A DNA stretch of 64,000 nt, taken from contig CAWAHZ010000008.1 of assembly GCA_963781905.1 (NCBI GenBank), forward strand, positions 21,536-85,535. Reading direction: 5' to 3'. How positions within the stretch are numbered: the stretch's first letter is position 1; every line of letters starts with the position of its first letter. Position numbers and translations under genes: made by a program. The notes below the pieces were generated by a model. It searched no databases, had not been told where the DNA came from, and saw only the letters and a program-made list of their open reading frames with translations. This stretch comes from Bryobacterales bacterium (GTDB lineage Bacteria > Acidobacteriota > Terriglobia > Bryobacterales > Bryobacteraceae). Shown in pieces: positions 20,764-30,604 of the stretch.

Positions 20764-21633
20764 ATGAAGTTCGTTACCTTTCAGGGCGCGAACGCCCGTG
20801 CTGAAGCGGGCGTCGTTGTCGGCGATGACGTCCGCAATGACGTAGTCGGCCTTCGGGCGGCGGGCTTCGCCGATATGCTGGCAGTGCTCGCCAGCGGCGA
20901 TGAGGGGCGCACCAGCATCGAGAGCTTCGTCCGAAACCCGCCGGCCGGCTCCACTTTTCCACTGAATTCGGTTCGGCTTCTTGCGCCCGTCCCCCGTCCG
21001 CCCAAGTTGATTTGCATCGGGCTCAACTATCGCGATCACGCGGCCGAAGCCCGGCAAGAGATTCCCAAAGTGCCCACGGTCTTCGCAAAGTTTTCGAACA
21101 TCGTGATCGGCCCCGGCGAGGCCATCGTGCTTCCGAAGATTTCCCGCAAGCCGGACTACGAGGCTGAATTCATGTTCGTCATTGGGACCAGAGGCCGGAA
21201 CATCGCTGCAGAGGACTGGCAGCGCCACGTCTTCGGATACACTGTCTTCAACGACGTCAGCGCGCGCGATATTCAATCCGCCACTTCGCAGTGGATGCTG
21301 GGCAAAAGCTTCGATACGTTCGCTCCGATGGGGCCGTATCTGGTGAGCGCCGACGAAATCCGGGATCCCCATGCGCTCGATATCAGCTTGAGCATTGGCG
21401 GCGAGGTGCTGCAGCATTCCAATACGCGCGAGTTGATCTTCCCCATTCCGGAGCTGGTTGAGTATCTATCGAGCGTAGTGACGTTGGAGCCGGGCGACGT
21501 GGTGGCCACCGGAACTCCGGGTGGGGTTGGTTTCGCGCGCAAACCGCCGCGCTATCTGCAGCCCGGCGATGAAGTGATTGTTCGCATCGAAGGGGTCGGC
21601 GAATTGCGCAACCCAGTGGTTGCGGAATCTTAA
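20764..21633 (+). CDS. Fumarylacetoacetate hydrolase (FAH)-family protein
   Basis: From ATG 20764 (MKFVTFQG...). LICIGLNYRDHAAE, EAEFMFVIG and GDVVATGTPGGVG are characteristic FAH-fold motifs. Confidence 0.85.
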   Translation: MKFVTFQGANARAEAGVVVGDDVRNDVVGLRAAGFADMLAVLASGDEGRTSIESFVRNPPAGSTFPLNSVRLLAPVPRPPKLICIGLNYRDHAAEARQEIPKVPTVFAKFSNIVIGPGEAIVLPKISRKPDYEAEFMFVIGTRGRNIAAEDWQRHVFGYTVFNDVSARDIQSATSQWMLGKSFDTFAPMGPYLVSADEIRDPHALDISLSIGGEVLQHSNTRELIFPIPELVEYLSSVVTLEPGDVVATGTPGGVGFARKPPRYLQPGDEVIVRIEGVGELRNPVVAES

Positions 21634-21878
21634 GACGGCGGATCGCGCTCAAATAGTTGTTCCAGTTCATGAGCGGTGGGCGTCTCTTCCACCACCTGAT
21701 GCATGTCATGCGCAAACGAACGCATGACTTCCAATAGATCAAACTCGCGCCCCAACACCACGTACAGCTCCACTCCCGCCAGCAATAGCGCCAGACGGCC
21801 GTCGCCGCGATCGGCGATCTCGCGCCTCACCTGCCGCAGCAGTTCCAGGGATTCGGGATTAGTTGGCCGCCAAGGCAT
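21630..21878 (-). CDS. Hypothetical small protein (82 aa)
   Basis: Internal ATG (MPWRPTNPESLELLRQVRREIADRG...) lies 52 nt downstream of hsp20 on the same strand. No domain recognised. Confidence 0.35.
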   Translation of the reverse strand: MPWRPTNPESLELLRQVRREIADRGDGRLALLLAGVELYVVLGREFDLLEVMRSFAHDMHQVVEETPTAHELEQLFERDPPS

Positions 21879-21930
21879 GGCGAAACGAGTGGGAGGGTGG
21901 CTCCCACTCAAAGACACAGCGTTGCCGCCG

Positions 21931-22416
21931 CTAAGCGGAAATGCTCTTACGGGATTCACCGGCTTGAATCTGGATTTGGCGCGGCCTCATCTGCTCCGAC
22001 ACCGGAATTTGGATGTCCAGGATACCGTCTTGCAGCCGGCAAGTTAACTTGTCGACATTCAAGCCGCCTGGCAGCGTCACTGCGGCGTAGAATTTCCCGT
22101 ACGCGAGTTGCGCCTGGGCGTTGTTCTTGAACGTCTCGGGCAGCTTGCGCTCGCCTTCCAGAATCAGTTGATTGTTCTGCACGCTTACTTTTAGGTCATG
22201 CTGCGAAACTCCCGGGAGAATGGCCCGCAGATTTAAATGGGAGTCGCCCCAAGCTGTCTCTAAAACGGGGCTGAACGTCCATTGGCCGCTGCCTTGCATG
22301 TTTGCACGCCCTGTTTCCGCGGGAACGCCGTAGAAGTTTTCAAAGAGCTGATCGACGGAACGCCGGAAATGATCCAACGTCTGCCGGGTATCTCCGGCCA
22401 GGAAACTACTTGTCAT
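21931..22416 (-). CDS. Hsp20/alpha-crystallin-family small heat-shock protein
   Basis: Alpha-crystallin domain (LNLRAILPGVSQHDLKVSVQNNQLILEGERK...GKFYAAVTLPGGLNVDKLTCRLQDGILDIQIP). Confidence 0.9.
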   Translation of the reverse strand: MTSSFLAGDTRQTLDHFRRSVDQLFENFYGVPAETGRANMQGSGQWTFSPVLETAWGDSHLNLRAILPGVSQHDLKVSVQNNQLILEGERKLPETFKNNAQAQLAYGKFYAAVTLPGGLNVDKLTCRLQDGILDIQIPVSEQMRPRQIQIQAGESRKSISA

Positions 22417-22540
22417 TAGTACACCTCTTGTCGAATTGCTTGACTTGAGAAGGCCTTGTATTTAGGCCCTTTCAGTCCCAATCGTACACCTCAAGAGCGT
22501 AAGGGAATGAAAGAATTTTCACTGTAACCGTGACCCTGTT

Positions 22541-22951
22541 TTACTTGTTGTGTGTCACGCTGGAAAAACGCTCGTCGATCTCCACCTGATAACCGCTCGC
22601 CAGGCGATTGCTTTCATTCGCCATGCCGACCACGGCCATCACTTCTGCCAGCATTCGGTCCGTCATACCGGCCTTACGAGCCGCCGCGGTGTGCGATGCG
22701 ATGCAATAGCCGCACTGATTGGTGGCGCTCACCGCGACGTAAATCATTTCCTTCGTCAGTGAGTCCAACGCTCCCGGCGCCATTATCTCTTTGACGCTTT
22801 GCCAGGTGCGGCGCAGCGTGGCTGGATCATGCGCCAGCGCTTTCCAAAAATTATTGATCCAGTCGGTCTGGCGCGTGGCCATGATGTCGTCGTAGACGGC
22901 GCGAACTTCGGGGCTCGCGTCGCTGTATTCGATCAATCCCAGAGTTGCCAT
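22541..22951 (-). CDS. Carboxymuconolactone decarboxylase/AhpD-like family protein
   Basis: CGYCIASH (CxxC..H) AhpD-like motif. ATG 22951 follows a GGAG sequence. Confidence 0.8.
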   Translation of the reverse strand: MATLGLIEYSDASPEVRAVYDDIMATRQTDWINNFWKALAHDPATLRRTWQSVKEIMAPGALDSLTKEMIYVAVSATNQCGYCIASHTAAARKAGMTDRMLAEVMAVVGMANESNRLASGYQVEIDERFSSVTHNK

Positions 22952-22980
22952 ACACTCCATCGTATCGGTTCGCGCAATAA

Positions 22981-24447
<1,467 letters not shown>

Positions 24448-24494
24448 CCCGTTACCCCTCGCGTTTGGAATAGCCGCGGCGTTTAGAGTAATCA

Positions 24495-26204
24495 CTAGAT
24501 CCCGTTCGCGCCCACTTGTCTTCCATACAACACGTAATTGACGCTCTGGATAGAAGCATCCAGATCGTTTTGCTGCTGCTGCAGTTCGGCGACTAATGCA
24601 TCCGCAGATTCCGCTTGACTGGTGGCGGAGGCCTGAATCTGAGCAGCCTGTGCCTGCGCGGTAGTGATCTCGTTGCCCAGGTCCGTATTTTCCGTTTGGT
24701 AGCCGTTGATCTGCGTCTCCATGAGCCCGCTAACCGGATCGCTCAACTGGGTGAAATTGCTCGCCAGGGCCGCGAAACCGGAGTTGGCGGACCCCAGGAA
24801 CTGGAAGGCGTCGGAAATTTGATTGTCAGAGAGCGCGTTGAAAGTGCTGGTGCTGAAATTCATCTGGCCGGTATCGTTGAAAGTAACACCCAAATCGGAG
24901 AGACTGCGAATGCTGCTGGAACTGCTCGGATCGAAGTAGGTAACCAGATCCTGCATGTCCGTGGTGATCTCATTGATGATCAGATCGCCCTGGAGCGGCC
25001 CCGCATTTTGTCCCTGTTGCGCCTGTACCTGAGAGACCAGTGTGTTGTAGTCGGTAACGAAAGTTTGCAGCGCGCTGCTCAGCTGAGTTGGGTCCGTTGC
25101 CAGGGACAAGGTTACCGATCCAGTGGGGTTGGTGTTGAGCAGCGTAAAACTCACACCGGGGATGACGTCGGTGATGTTGTTGGTCGACTCGCTGATTGGA
25201 ACGCCGTTTAAATCGAAGTTGGAGTTGGAGCCTTGATTGGTGTCCGAAATCAGGTTAGTCGGACTTTGAAGATCATTGAGCTGGATGGTAGTGGGTCCAG
25301 ACGCGGAGAGAGAAAGAGAGTAAGCTCCCGCGCTGCCCGTAACAGTGGCCGTCACGCCTGCGCCGGCGCCATTGATAGCCTGGGCCAAGCCGTTCAGATT
25401 GTTGTCGCTGCCGCTCACATCGAGCGCGTAGTCTTGAGATCCAACCACCAACTGAATCTCTCCGTTCGCCGACACCGCTGCGGTTGTCGCGTCGGTGTAA
25501 GTCTGTAACGAGGTTTCGGTTCCTGCGCCCGTGCTGCTGATCAAATCCGCCGGCGTGACATTATTCAATTGCAGGGTTGTGGCTCCCGTGTTGCTCGCCG
25601 AAATGCTGAGATAGTCCGTGGAGCCGGCGGTCAACACCGTGGCATTTACACCCGCGTTGGCGCTGTTGATGGCCTGCGCGAGACCCGCGACGTTATTGTC
25701 GCCCGATGCCGTGAGATTGAGCTGATAAGTATTGGAGCCCACCACCAGATTCACTAATCCGCTGGTAGATACAGATTGCGTCGCCGAATAGCCTTGCAAA
25801 GATGTTTCCGACGCAGCCGACGCGAGCGTCATGATATCTGAGACCGTGTAGGTGGCTGGCGCCGTGGCCCCTGTGTTTACCACCGAAACCGTGCTCGAAT
25901 CCGAGCTCGACGCCGACAGCCCTTGCGTGCTCGCGAGCGTGCCCAAAGCCATGACATCCGCGCCTACCGCGCTAACACCGGGCTCCAGCGCAGTGAGCGC
26001 GTTGTACTCGGCAGTGTTCGTCGCCTGCTCGTTCTGCAAATTCGTTACCGGGATATCCGCGATTTGAACGGCGCGCTGGATGATGCTCTGGAAGTCACTC
26101 GAGAAACTGCTGAGGCCGGTGAAATAAATTGGAGCGGTGATGCTGGCTGCGCTGGGAGCGCTCGACGCGCTAGAGGATCCCAAACTGCTACTGGTGGTTC
26201 CCAT
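24495..26204 (-). CDS. fliD: Flagellar filament capping protein FliD (hook-associated protein 2)-like
   Basis: FliD_N-like start (GLSSFSSDFQSIIQRAVQIADIPVTNLQNEQATNTAEYNALTAL). Two flagellin-IN-like motifs (NVAGLAQAINSANAGVNATV / NLNGLAQAINGAGAGVTATV). FliD_C-like tail (LQTFVTDYNTLVSQV...GPLQGD...LSDLGVTFNDTGQMNF...coiled coil). Confidence 0.8.
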   Translation of the reverse strand: MGTTSSSLGSSSASSAPSAASITAPIYFTGLSSFSSDFQSIIQRAVQIADIPVTNLQNEQATNTAEYNALTALEPGVSAVGADVMALGTLASTQGLSASSSDSSTVSVVNTGATAPATYTVSDIMTLASAASETSLQGYSATQSVSTSGLVNLVVGSNTYQLNLTASGDNNVAGLAQAINSANAGVNATVLTAGSTDYLSISASNTGATTLQLNNVTPADLISSTGAGTETSLQTYTDATTAAVSANGEIQLVVGSQDYALDVSGSDNNLNGLAQAINGAGAGVTATVTGSAGAYSLSLSASGPTTIQLNDLQSPTNLISDTNQGSNSNFDLNGVPISESTNNITDVIPGVSFTLLNTNPTGSVTLSLATDPTQLSSALQTFVTDYNTLVSQVQAQQGQNAGPLQGDLIINEITTDMQDLVTYFDPSSSSSIRSLSDLGVTFNDTGQMNFSTSTFNALSDNQISDAFQFLGSANSGFAALASNFTQLSDPVSGLMETQINGYQTENTDLGNEITTAQAQAAQIQASATSQAESADALVAELQQQQNDLDASIQSVNYVLYGRQVGANGI

Positions 26205-26218
26205 ACTGACGTTTATCG

Positions 26219-27343
26219 TCAGGAAAGGATGGTTTCTTGAACTCCCGCCGGCGATAATTCACTCACCCGCGCGGCCACTTGTTCCACTTGTGATGCGCTC
26301 AGGTGCGAATGCAGCGGTAAACTCAACACTGTGTTGGCGCAAGCTTCCGCCACCGGAAAATCACCTGCCTTATATCGCGCGTCGGCGTAAGCAGGCATAA
26401 GGTGAATCGGCAGGGGATAGTGAACCGCCGTCTGTATCCCTGCCCCTTGCAAGCCTTTCTGCAATGCGTCGCGATCCGCTGCGCGAACGGTGTAGAGACA
26501 ATAAACGTGCCGGGAGTCTTTCATTTTGTGCGGCCGCGTCACGCCGGAGCCTTCGAGCAAGCCATCGTATTCCGCCGCTCGCGCGCGCCGCGCTTCAGTC
26601 CACGCTTCCAGACGGCGCAGCTTCACCCGCAGAATGGCAGCTTGCATGGATGGCAGGCGATAATTGAAACCTTTCAATCGCGGACGATAGCGTTGTTCTT
26701 CGCCCCAACTACGCAGCAGCGCTGCCGTGCGCGCGTACTCCGCATTATTGGTGGTCACCAGGCCGCCCTCGCCGGCCGCGCCCAGATTCTTGGTCGGATA
26801 AAAGCTGAAGCATCCGATATCGCCAATGCTGCCCGCGCGCCGTCCGCGGTACTCGGCGCCATGCGACTGCGCCGCGTCCTCAATCACAATCAATTTGTGA
26901 CGCCGCGCGATGTCGAGAATGGGATCCATGTCCGCGCACTGCCCATAAAGATGCACCAGCAAAATGGCTCGTGTCCGCCCGGTGATCGCGGCTTCGATTT
27001 TGGCGGGGTCCATGTTGAACGTCGCCGGATCGATATCCACGTAAACCGCCGTCGCGCCAACGTACCCGATAGCGGCTACCGTGGCGTAAAACGTGAAGGG
27101 AACCGTGAGCACTTCGTCGCCGGGTTGAATGCCGGCCGCGAGCAAGGCCAGGTGCAGCGCGCTGGTTCCGGAATTGACGGCCACGCCATGCCGCGCGCCC
27201 GAATAGCTCGCGAATTCCTCTTCGAGCGCTGTAATTTCCTGGCCGCCTACAAACTGGCCGCTTTGCAACACGCGGATCACAGCCGCGTCGATTTCTGGTT
27301 TCAGCTCGCGGTATTGCGCGCCGAGGTCTAAAAACGGGATCAT
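26219..27343 (-). CDS. DegT/DnrJ/EryC1/StrS-family PLP-dependent sugar aminotransferase
   Basis: 374 aa with family-typical motifs (GDEVLTVPFTFYATV, SFYPTKNLGAAGEGG with the Schiff-base Lys). ATGA overlap with the upstream GT gene. Confidence 0.9.
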   Translation of the reverse strand: MIPFLDLGAQYRELKPEIDAAVIRVLQSGQFVGGQEITALEEEFASYSGARHGVAVNSGTSALHLALLAAGIQPGDEVLTVPFTFYATVAAIGYVGATAVYVDIDPATFNMDPAKIEAAITGRTRAILLVHLYGQCADMDPILDIARRHKLIVIEDAAQSHGAEYRGRRAGSIGDIGCFSFYPTKNLGAAGEGGLVTTNNAEYARTAALLRSWGEEQRYRPRLKGFNYRLPSMQAAILRVKLRRLEAWTEARRARAAEYDGLLEGSGVTRPHKMKDSRHVYCLYTVRAADRDALQKGLQGAGIQTAVHYPLPIHLMPAYADARYKAGDFPVAEACANTVLSLPLHSHLSASQVEQVAARVSELSPAGVQETILS

Positions 27344-28525
27344 TGCAGGAGTTTTTCGAAGTTGCTAGCCACTACCTGCCAAGAATAACACGCAGAAACG
27401 GTTTCCCACGCGTTCGCGGCCATGCGACGCCGGGCATCGGAATCGGCCAGTAATTCGAGGCAGCGATCGGCAAAATCCTGGGCTGAGTCGGCTATCGCGA
27501 TGTTCTCGCCATCGCGAATGTCCAGGCCCTCGGCGCCCACGGTGGTCGATACCACCGGGATCTTCGCGGCCATCGCTTCGTAGATTTTCAGGCGCGTGCC
27601 GCCGCCGATGCGCAGCGGCACAATGCGACACAGCCGATTCCCATAGATACGGGCGTACGTCGTCCACTGTGCCTGTAACGTGGAACTGGTGGTCGTTCGC
27701 GGCCAGGCTACGGACTTGCGCCGTCGGACGGCGACCCACTACAGCCAACGAGCAGCCCGGCCGGCGCGCACGTATTAAAGGAAGAACGTGGCCGGCGAAC
27801 CAGGTCAAGCCTTCGATGTTCGGCCGCCAGTCCATGGCGCCGAGAAACATCAAGTCTTGCCGGGGAGTCAGCACGGTCCGCGGCGGAGCGAAATACTCGA
27901 TATCGACGCCGGTGGCAACGGACGAAACCCTGGTTGCACCGTAGAGCGATCGCATGGCGCTGGCATCGGCGTCCGACACCGCAATGATGTTCTTGGCTTT
28001 GCGGCAAACTTCGGCTTCGTAGCGCAGCATCCCTTCGTATTGCGCCCTCGAAAATGCCCGATGCCAGGGAGTGGGGGCATGTTCGGTGTGCCGCTTCCAG
28101 ATCGCCGACTCCACGTTGTGCTGGAACAACACCGCGTTGCCGAGCTGCGGGATGTTGGCCGCCGATGCGAGAAAATCGCACACGATGGCGTCGAAGCTCT
28201 CGAGGCGCGTGAGAACCTCCACCAGGCGCAGCAAGGCCGGTGATCGGTAGCGCAGCACGGGGAGCGGCATGCTCTTCCATGTGCCGGTGGCCAGCTCCGC
28301 CCAGTAACGCGGTCCGCTCTTTTGCGGGACCGGATGCGATACCGCGTACGCTTTCGTGCAATATTCCGAGCTGTGGCGGAAGCCTGCGCCAGGCTCCGGT
28401 AAATCGAGCGCGGCGAAATGGATCTCGTGCCTGCGGTGCAGCCACTTCAGGGTTTCGAGCGTCCGGATCTGCCCCCCACCGTTGGTGGGATGCAGAAAAT
28501 CGGCTTTCACCCACAGGATCTTCAT
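27340..28525 (-). pseudogene. Group-1 (GT4-like) glycosyltransferase, reading frame broken by an apparent 1-nt insertion near 27625
   Basis: N-terminal 300 aa (MKILWVKADFLHPTNGGGQIRTLE...VRPYLWESAVS) lie in one frame. The conserved C-terminus (VPLRIGGGTRLKIYEAMAAKIPVVSTTVGAEGL...) is in ORF 27340..27621. Removing C at 27625 gives ...ESAVSIVPLRIGGG... Confidence 0.8.
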
Positions 28526-30414
28526 GCACGCGCCGCCGACCCGGCCCACACTCGCTCGCGCCGGCCAGTGAGAAACAGGTCGCCCCAAATCTGGAGGTTG
28601 AGAAGCCGCCAGATGCGATCGGTGGCGTCTTCCCGTCCCAAACGATGAGCTTCGATGAGAGTGTCCACTTCGCCCAGATCGAAGTGAGCCGCCACCAGGC
28701 CGTCCGGCGAGCGCAAAGCGGCGTAGAAAGGCTCGGCCCGTGGATCGCGCAGCCAGCGCGCGAGAGGCGTGGGAAATCCCATCTTTTTGCGGTGCAGGAT
28801 GCCGCGCGGCAGCAAATCGCTCATGGCGGCCTTGAGGATATGCTTTTGCGTGCGGCCGCGAATCTTGAGGCCATCCGGAATTCGCGCGGCGAACTCGACG
28901 AAGGTGTGATCCAGAAAAGGCACCCGGCTCTCGATGGACGCCGCCATGCTCATCTGGTCCTGCTTCATGAGCAGCTCGACAAGATACGTTTGCTGGTCCG
29001 AGTACAGCGTGCGCGCCAGCAAGGACGCTTCCGGCCGTGCGTTCCAGTGGCGCATATAGTTTTCGTGCCGGGCGCCCGCGAAGGCGCAGTAGAAATTCTC
29101 GAGGAACAACGATTCGAAGCCAAGTTCGCGGCCCAGCACCGTATGGCGTAGCTTGCGGCGTAATCCCGCGCCCAGCAGGGGCGAGATTGCGATCCACTCG
29201 CGAACCGAGCGCCGGATGCCTGTTGGAACAGTTTCATAGCGGGCCGCCCAACGCTCGTTCACACCCAGCCATCGATAGCGCTCGTAGCCGGCGAACAGTT
29301 CGTCGCTGCCTTCTCCGGTCAGCACCACCTTCACATGCTGCGCCGCCAGTTTCGAAACGAAATAGAGCGGAACGCTGGATGGCCACGCAATCGGCTCGTC
29401 TTCGTGCCAGATCAGCTTGCCCAGCGCGCCAAAAAAATCGTCGATCCCGATGATCGTCTCGCGGTGATTCGCACCCAGAGCGCTGGCCGTTTGCCGCGCG
29501 TAACTCAATTCGCTGAACCTGGCTTCCGAGTAGCCTACCGCGAACGTTTCCACCGGCCGTGAGATGGCACGCTGCGCCAGGGCTGCGATAGCGCTCGAAT
29601 CCAGGCCGCCGCTGAGCAACACTCCGAGCGGGACGTCGCTCATCAGATGCATCTCAACGGATTCTTCCAATCGCCGCCGGGTCTCGGGGATCCACTCCCG
29701 CTCGTCGAAATCCTGCTGGCAGTCGTCGCCCAAAGGAATCTCCCAGTAGCGTTCGCATTTGAGTTCCGGCTGCGCGCTGCCCACGTCGAGGAACATGCGA
29801 TGAGCCGGCATCAGCTTGCGAATATTCCCGAACAGCGTGCGATGGCTGCTGGTATAGCCGAACGCCAGCATTTCGGGCAGCACGTCCTCATCCAGAACCG
29901 GCGAAATCGACGGATGCTCCAGCAGAGCCTTGATCTCGGACGCAAATGCGAAAAGCCGCCCGTCCCAGTAGTAATAGAAAGGCTTGATGCCCAGCCGGTC
30001 TCGCGCGCAGAACAGCCGTTGCCGCCTGGCGTCCCAAATAGCGAAGGCAAACATGCCGCGCAGCAGCCGCAGGCAATCCGCTCCGTGCTCCTGGTAAGCG
30101 TGCAGGATGGTTTCGGTATCGGAACGGGTCTCGAAGCGGTGACCGGCCTGTTCGAGCGCCGGCCGCAGCCCAGTGTGGTTGTAAATCTCTCCGTTGAACG
30201 CGATCCACAAAGCGCCGGATTTGTCGCTCATCGGCTGATGGCCGCCCTGGACGTCCACGATGGCCAGCCGCCGCTGGCCCAGATGCGCCCACGGATCGTG
30301 ATAGAAGCCGAAATCGTCCGGGCCGCGGTGGTGGATTGCGTCGGCCATGCGCCCCAGGGTCCCGATGGCCCGTCCCTCAGGCGCAGTGGTTACAAATCCG
30401 GCAATCCCGCACAC
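28522..30414 (-). CDS. Asparagine synthase (glutamine-hydrolysing)-family amidotransferase (AsnB/PseA-like)
   Basis: GTG 30414 is followed by TGC, giving the obligatory N-terminal M-CGIAGF. SGGLDSS PP-loop. ATGA overlap with the downstream GT. Confidence 0.9.
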   Translation of the reverse strand: MCGIAGFVTTAPEGRAIGTLGRMADAIHHRGPDDFGFYHDPWAHLGQRRLAIVDVQGGHQPMSDKSGALWIAFNGEIYNHTGLRPALEQAGHRFETRSDTETILHAYQEHGADCLRLLRGMFAFAIWDARRQRLFCARDRLGIKPFYYYWDGRLFAFASEIKALLEHPSISPVLDEDVLPEMLAFGYTSSHRTLFGNIRKLMPAHRMFLDVGSAQPELKCERYWEIPLGDDCQQDFDEREWIPETRRRLEESVEMHLMSDVPLGVLLSGGLDSSAIAALAQRAISRPVETFAVGYSEARFSELSYARQTASALGANHRETIIGIDDFFGALGKLIWHEDEPIAWPSSVPLYFVSKLAAQHVKVVLTGEGSDELFAGYERYRWLGVNERWAARYETVPTGIRRSVREWIAISPLLGAGLRRKLRHTVLGRELGFESLFLENFYCAFAGARHENYMRHWNARPEASLLARTLYSDQQTYLVELLMKQDQMSMAASIESRVPFLDHTFVEFAARIPDGLKIRGRTQKHILKAAMSDLLPRGILHRKKMGFPTPLARWLRDPRAEPFYAALRSPDGLVAAHFDLGEVDTLIEAHRLGREDATDRIWRLLNLQIWGDLFLTGRRERVWAGSAARA

Positions 30415-30604
30415 GACCATTAGTGGGCGGGCTGTACGGTTGATCTCCTTGAAAAATGCTGTTTCTGTCCGCCGCGCGTCTGGTAGTGGCGAACTGTCGA
30501 GTTTCCGTCACGGCCAGGCCCCCGCTCGGTCTCACCCCGAAGCCATCCTGTAGCGGGCGCGGATGTTTTCCTGGTGGCCCTCCGATTGCCCAGCATCAAA
30601 CGCA

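Noticed and set aside
28526-29197. N-terminal 224 aa of the 610-aa ORF 27365..29197.
   Set aside because: This part overlaps the asnB-like gene out of frame and is low-complexity (R/G/S/H). The real glycosyltransferase starts at MKILWVK (ATG 28525), which forms an ATGA overlap with the asnB-like stop.
30421-30470. Sigma-28-like motif (TCAAGG-N14-GCCCGCCC, minus strand) upstream of the asnB-GT-DegT-fliD operon.
   Set aside because: The -10-like part is a poor match to GCCGATAA and would lie only ~5 nt from the start codon. It is probably coincidental.
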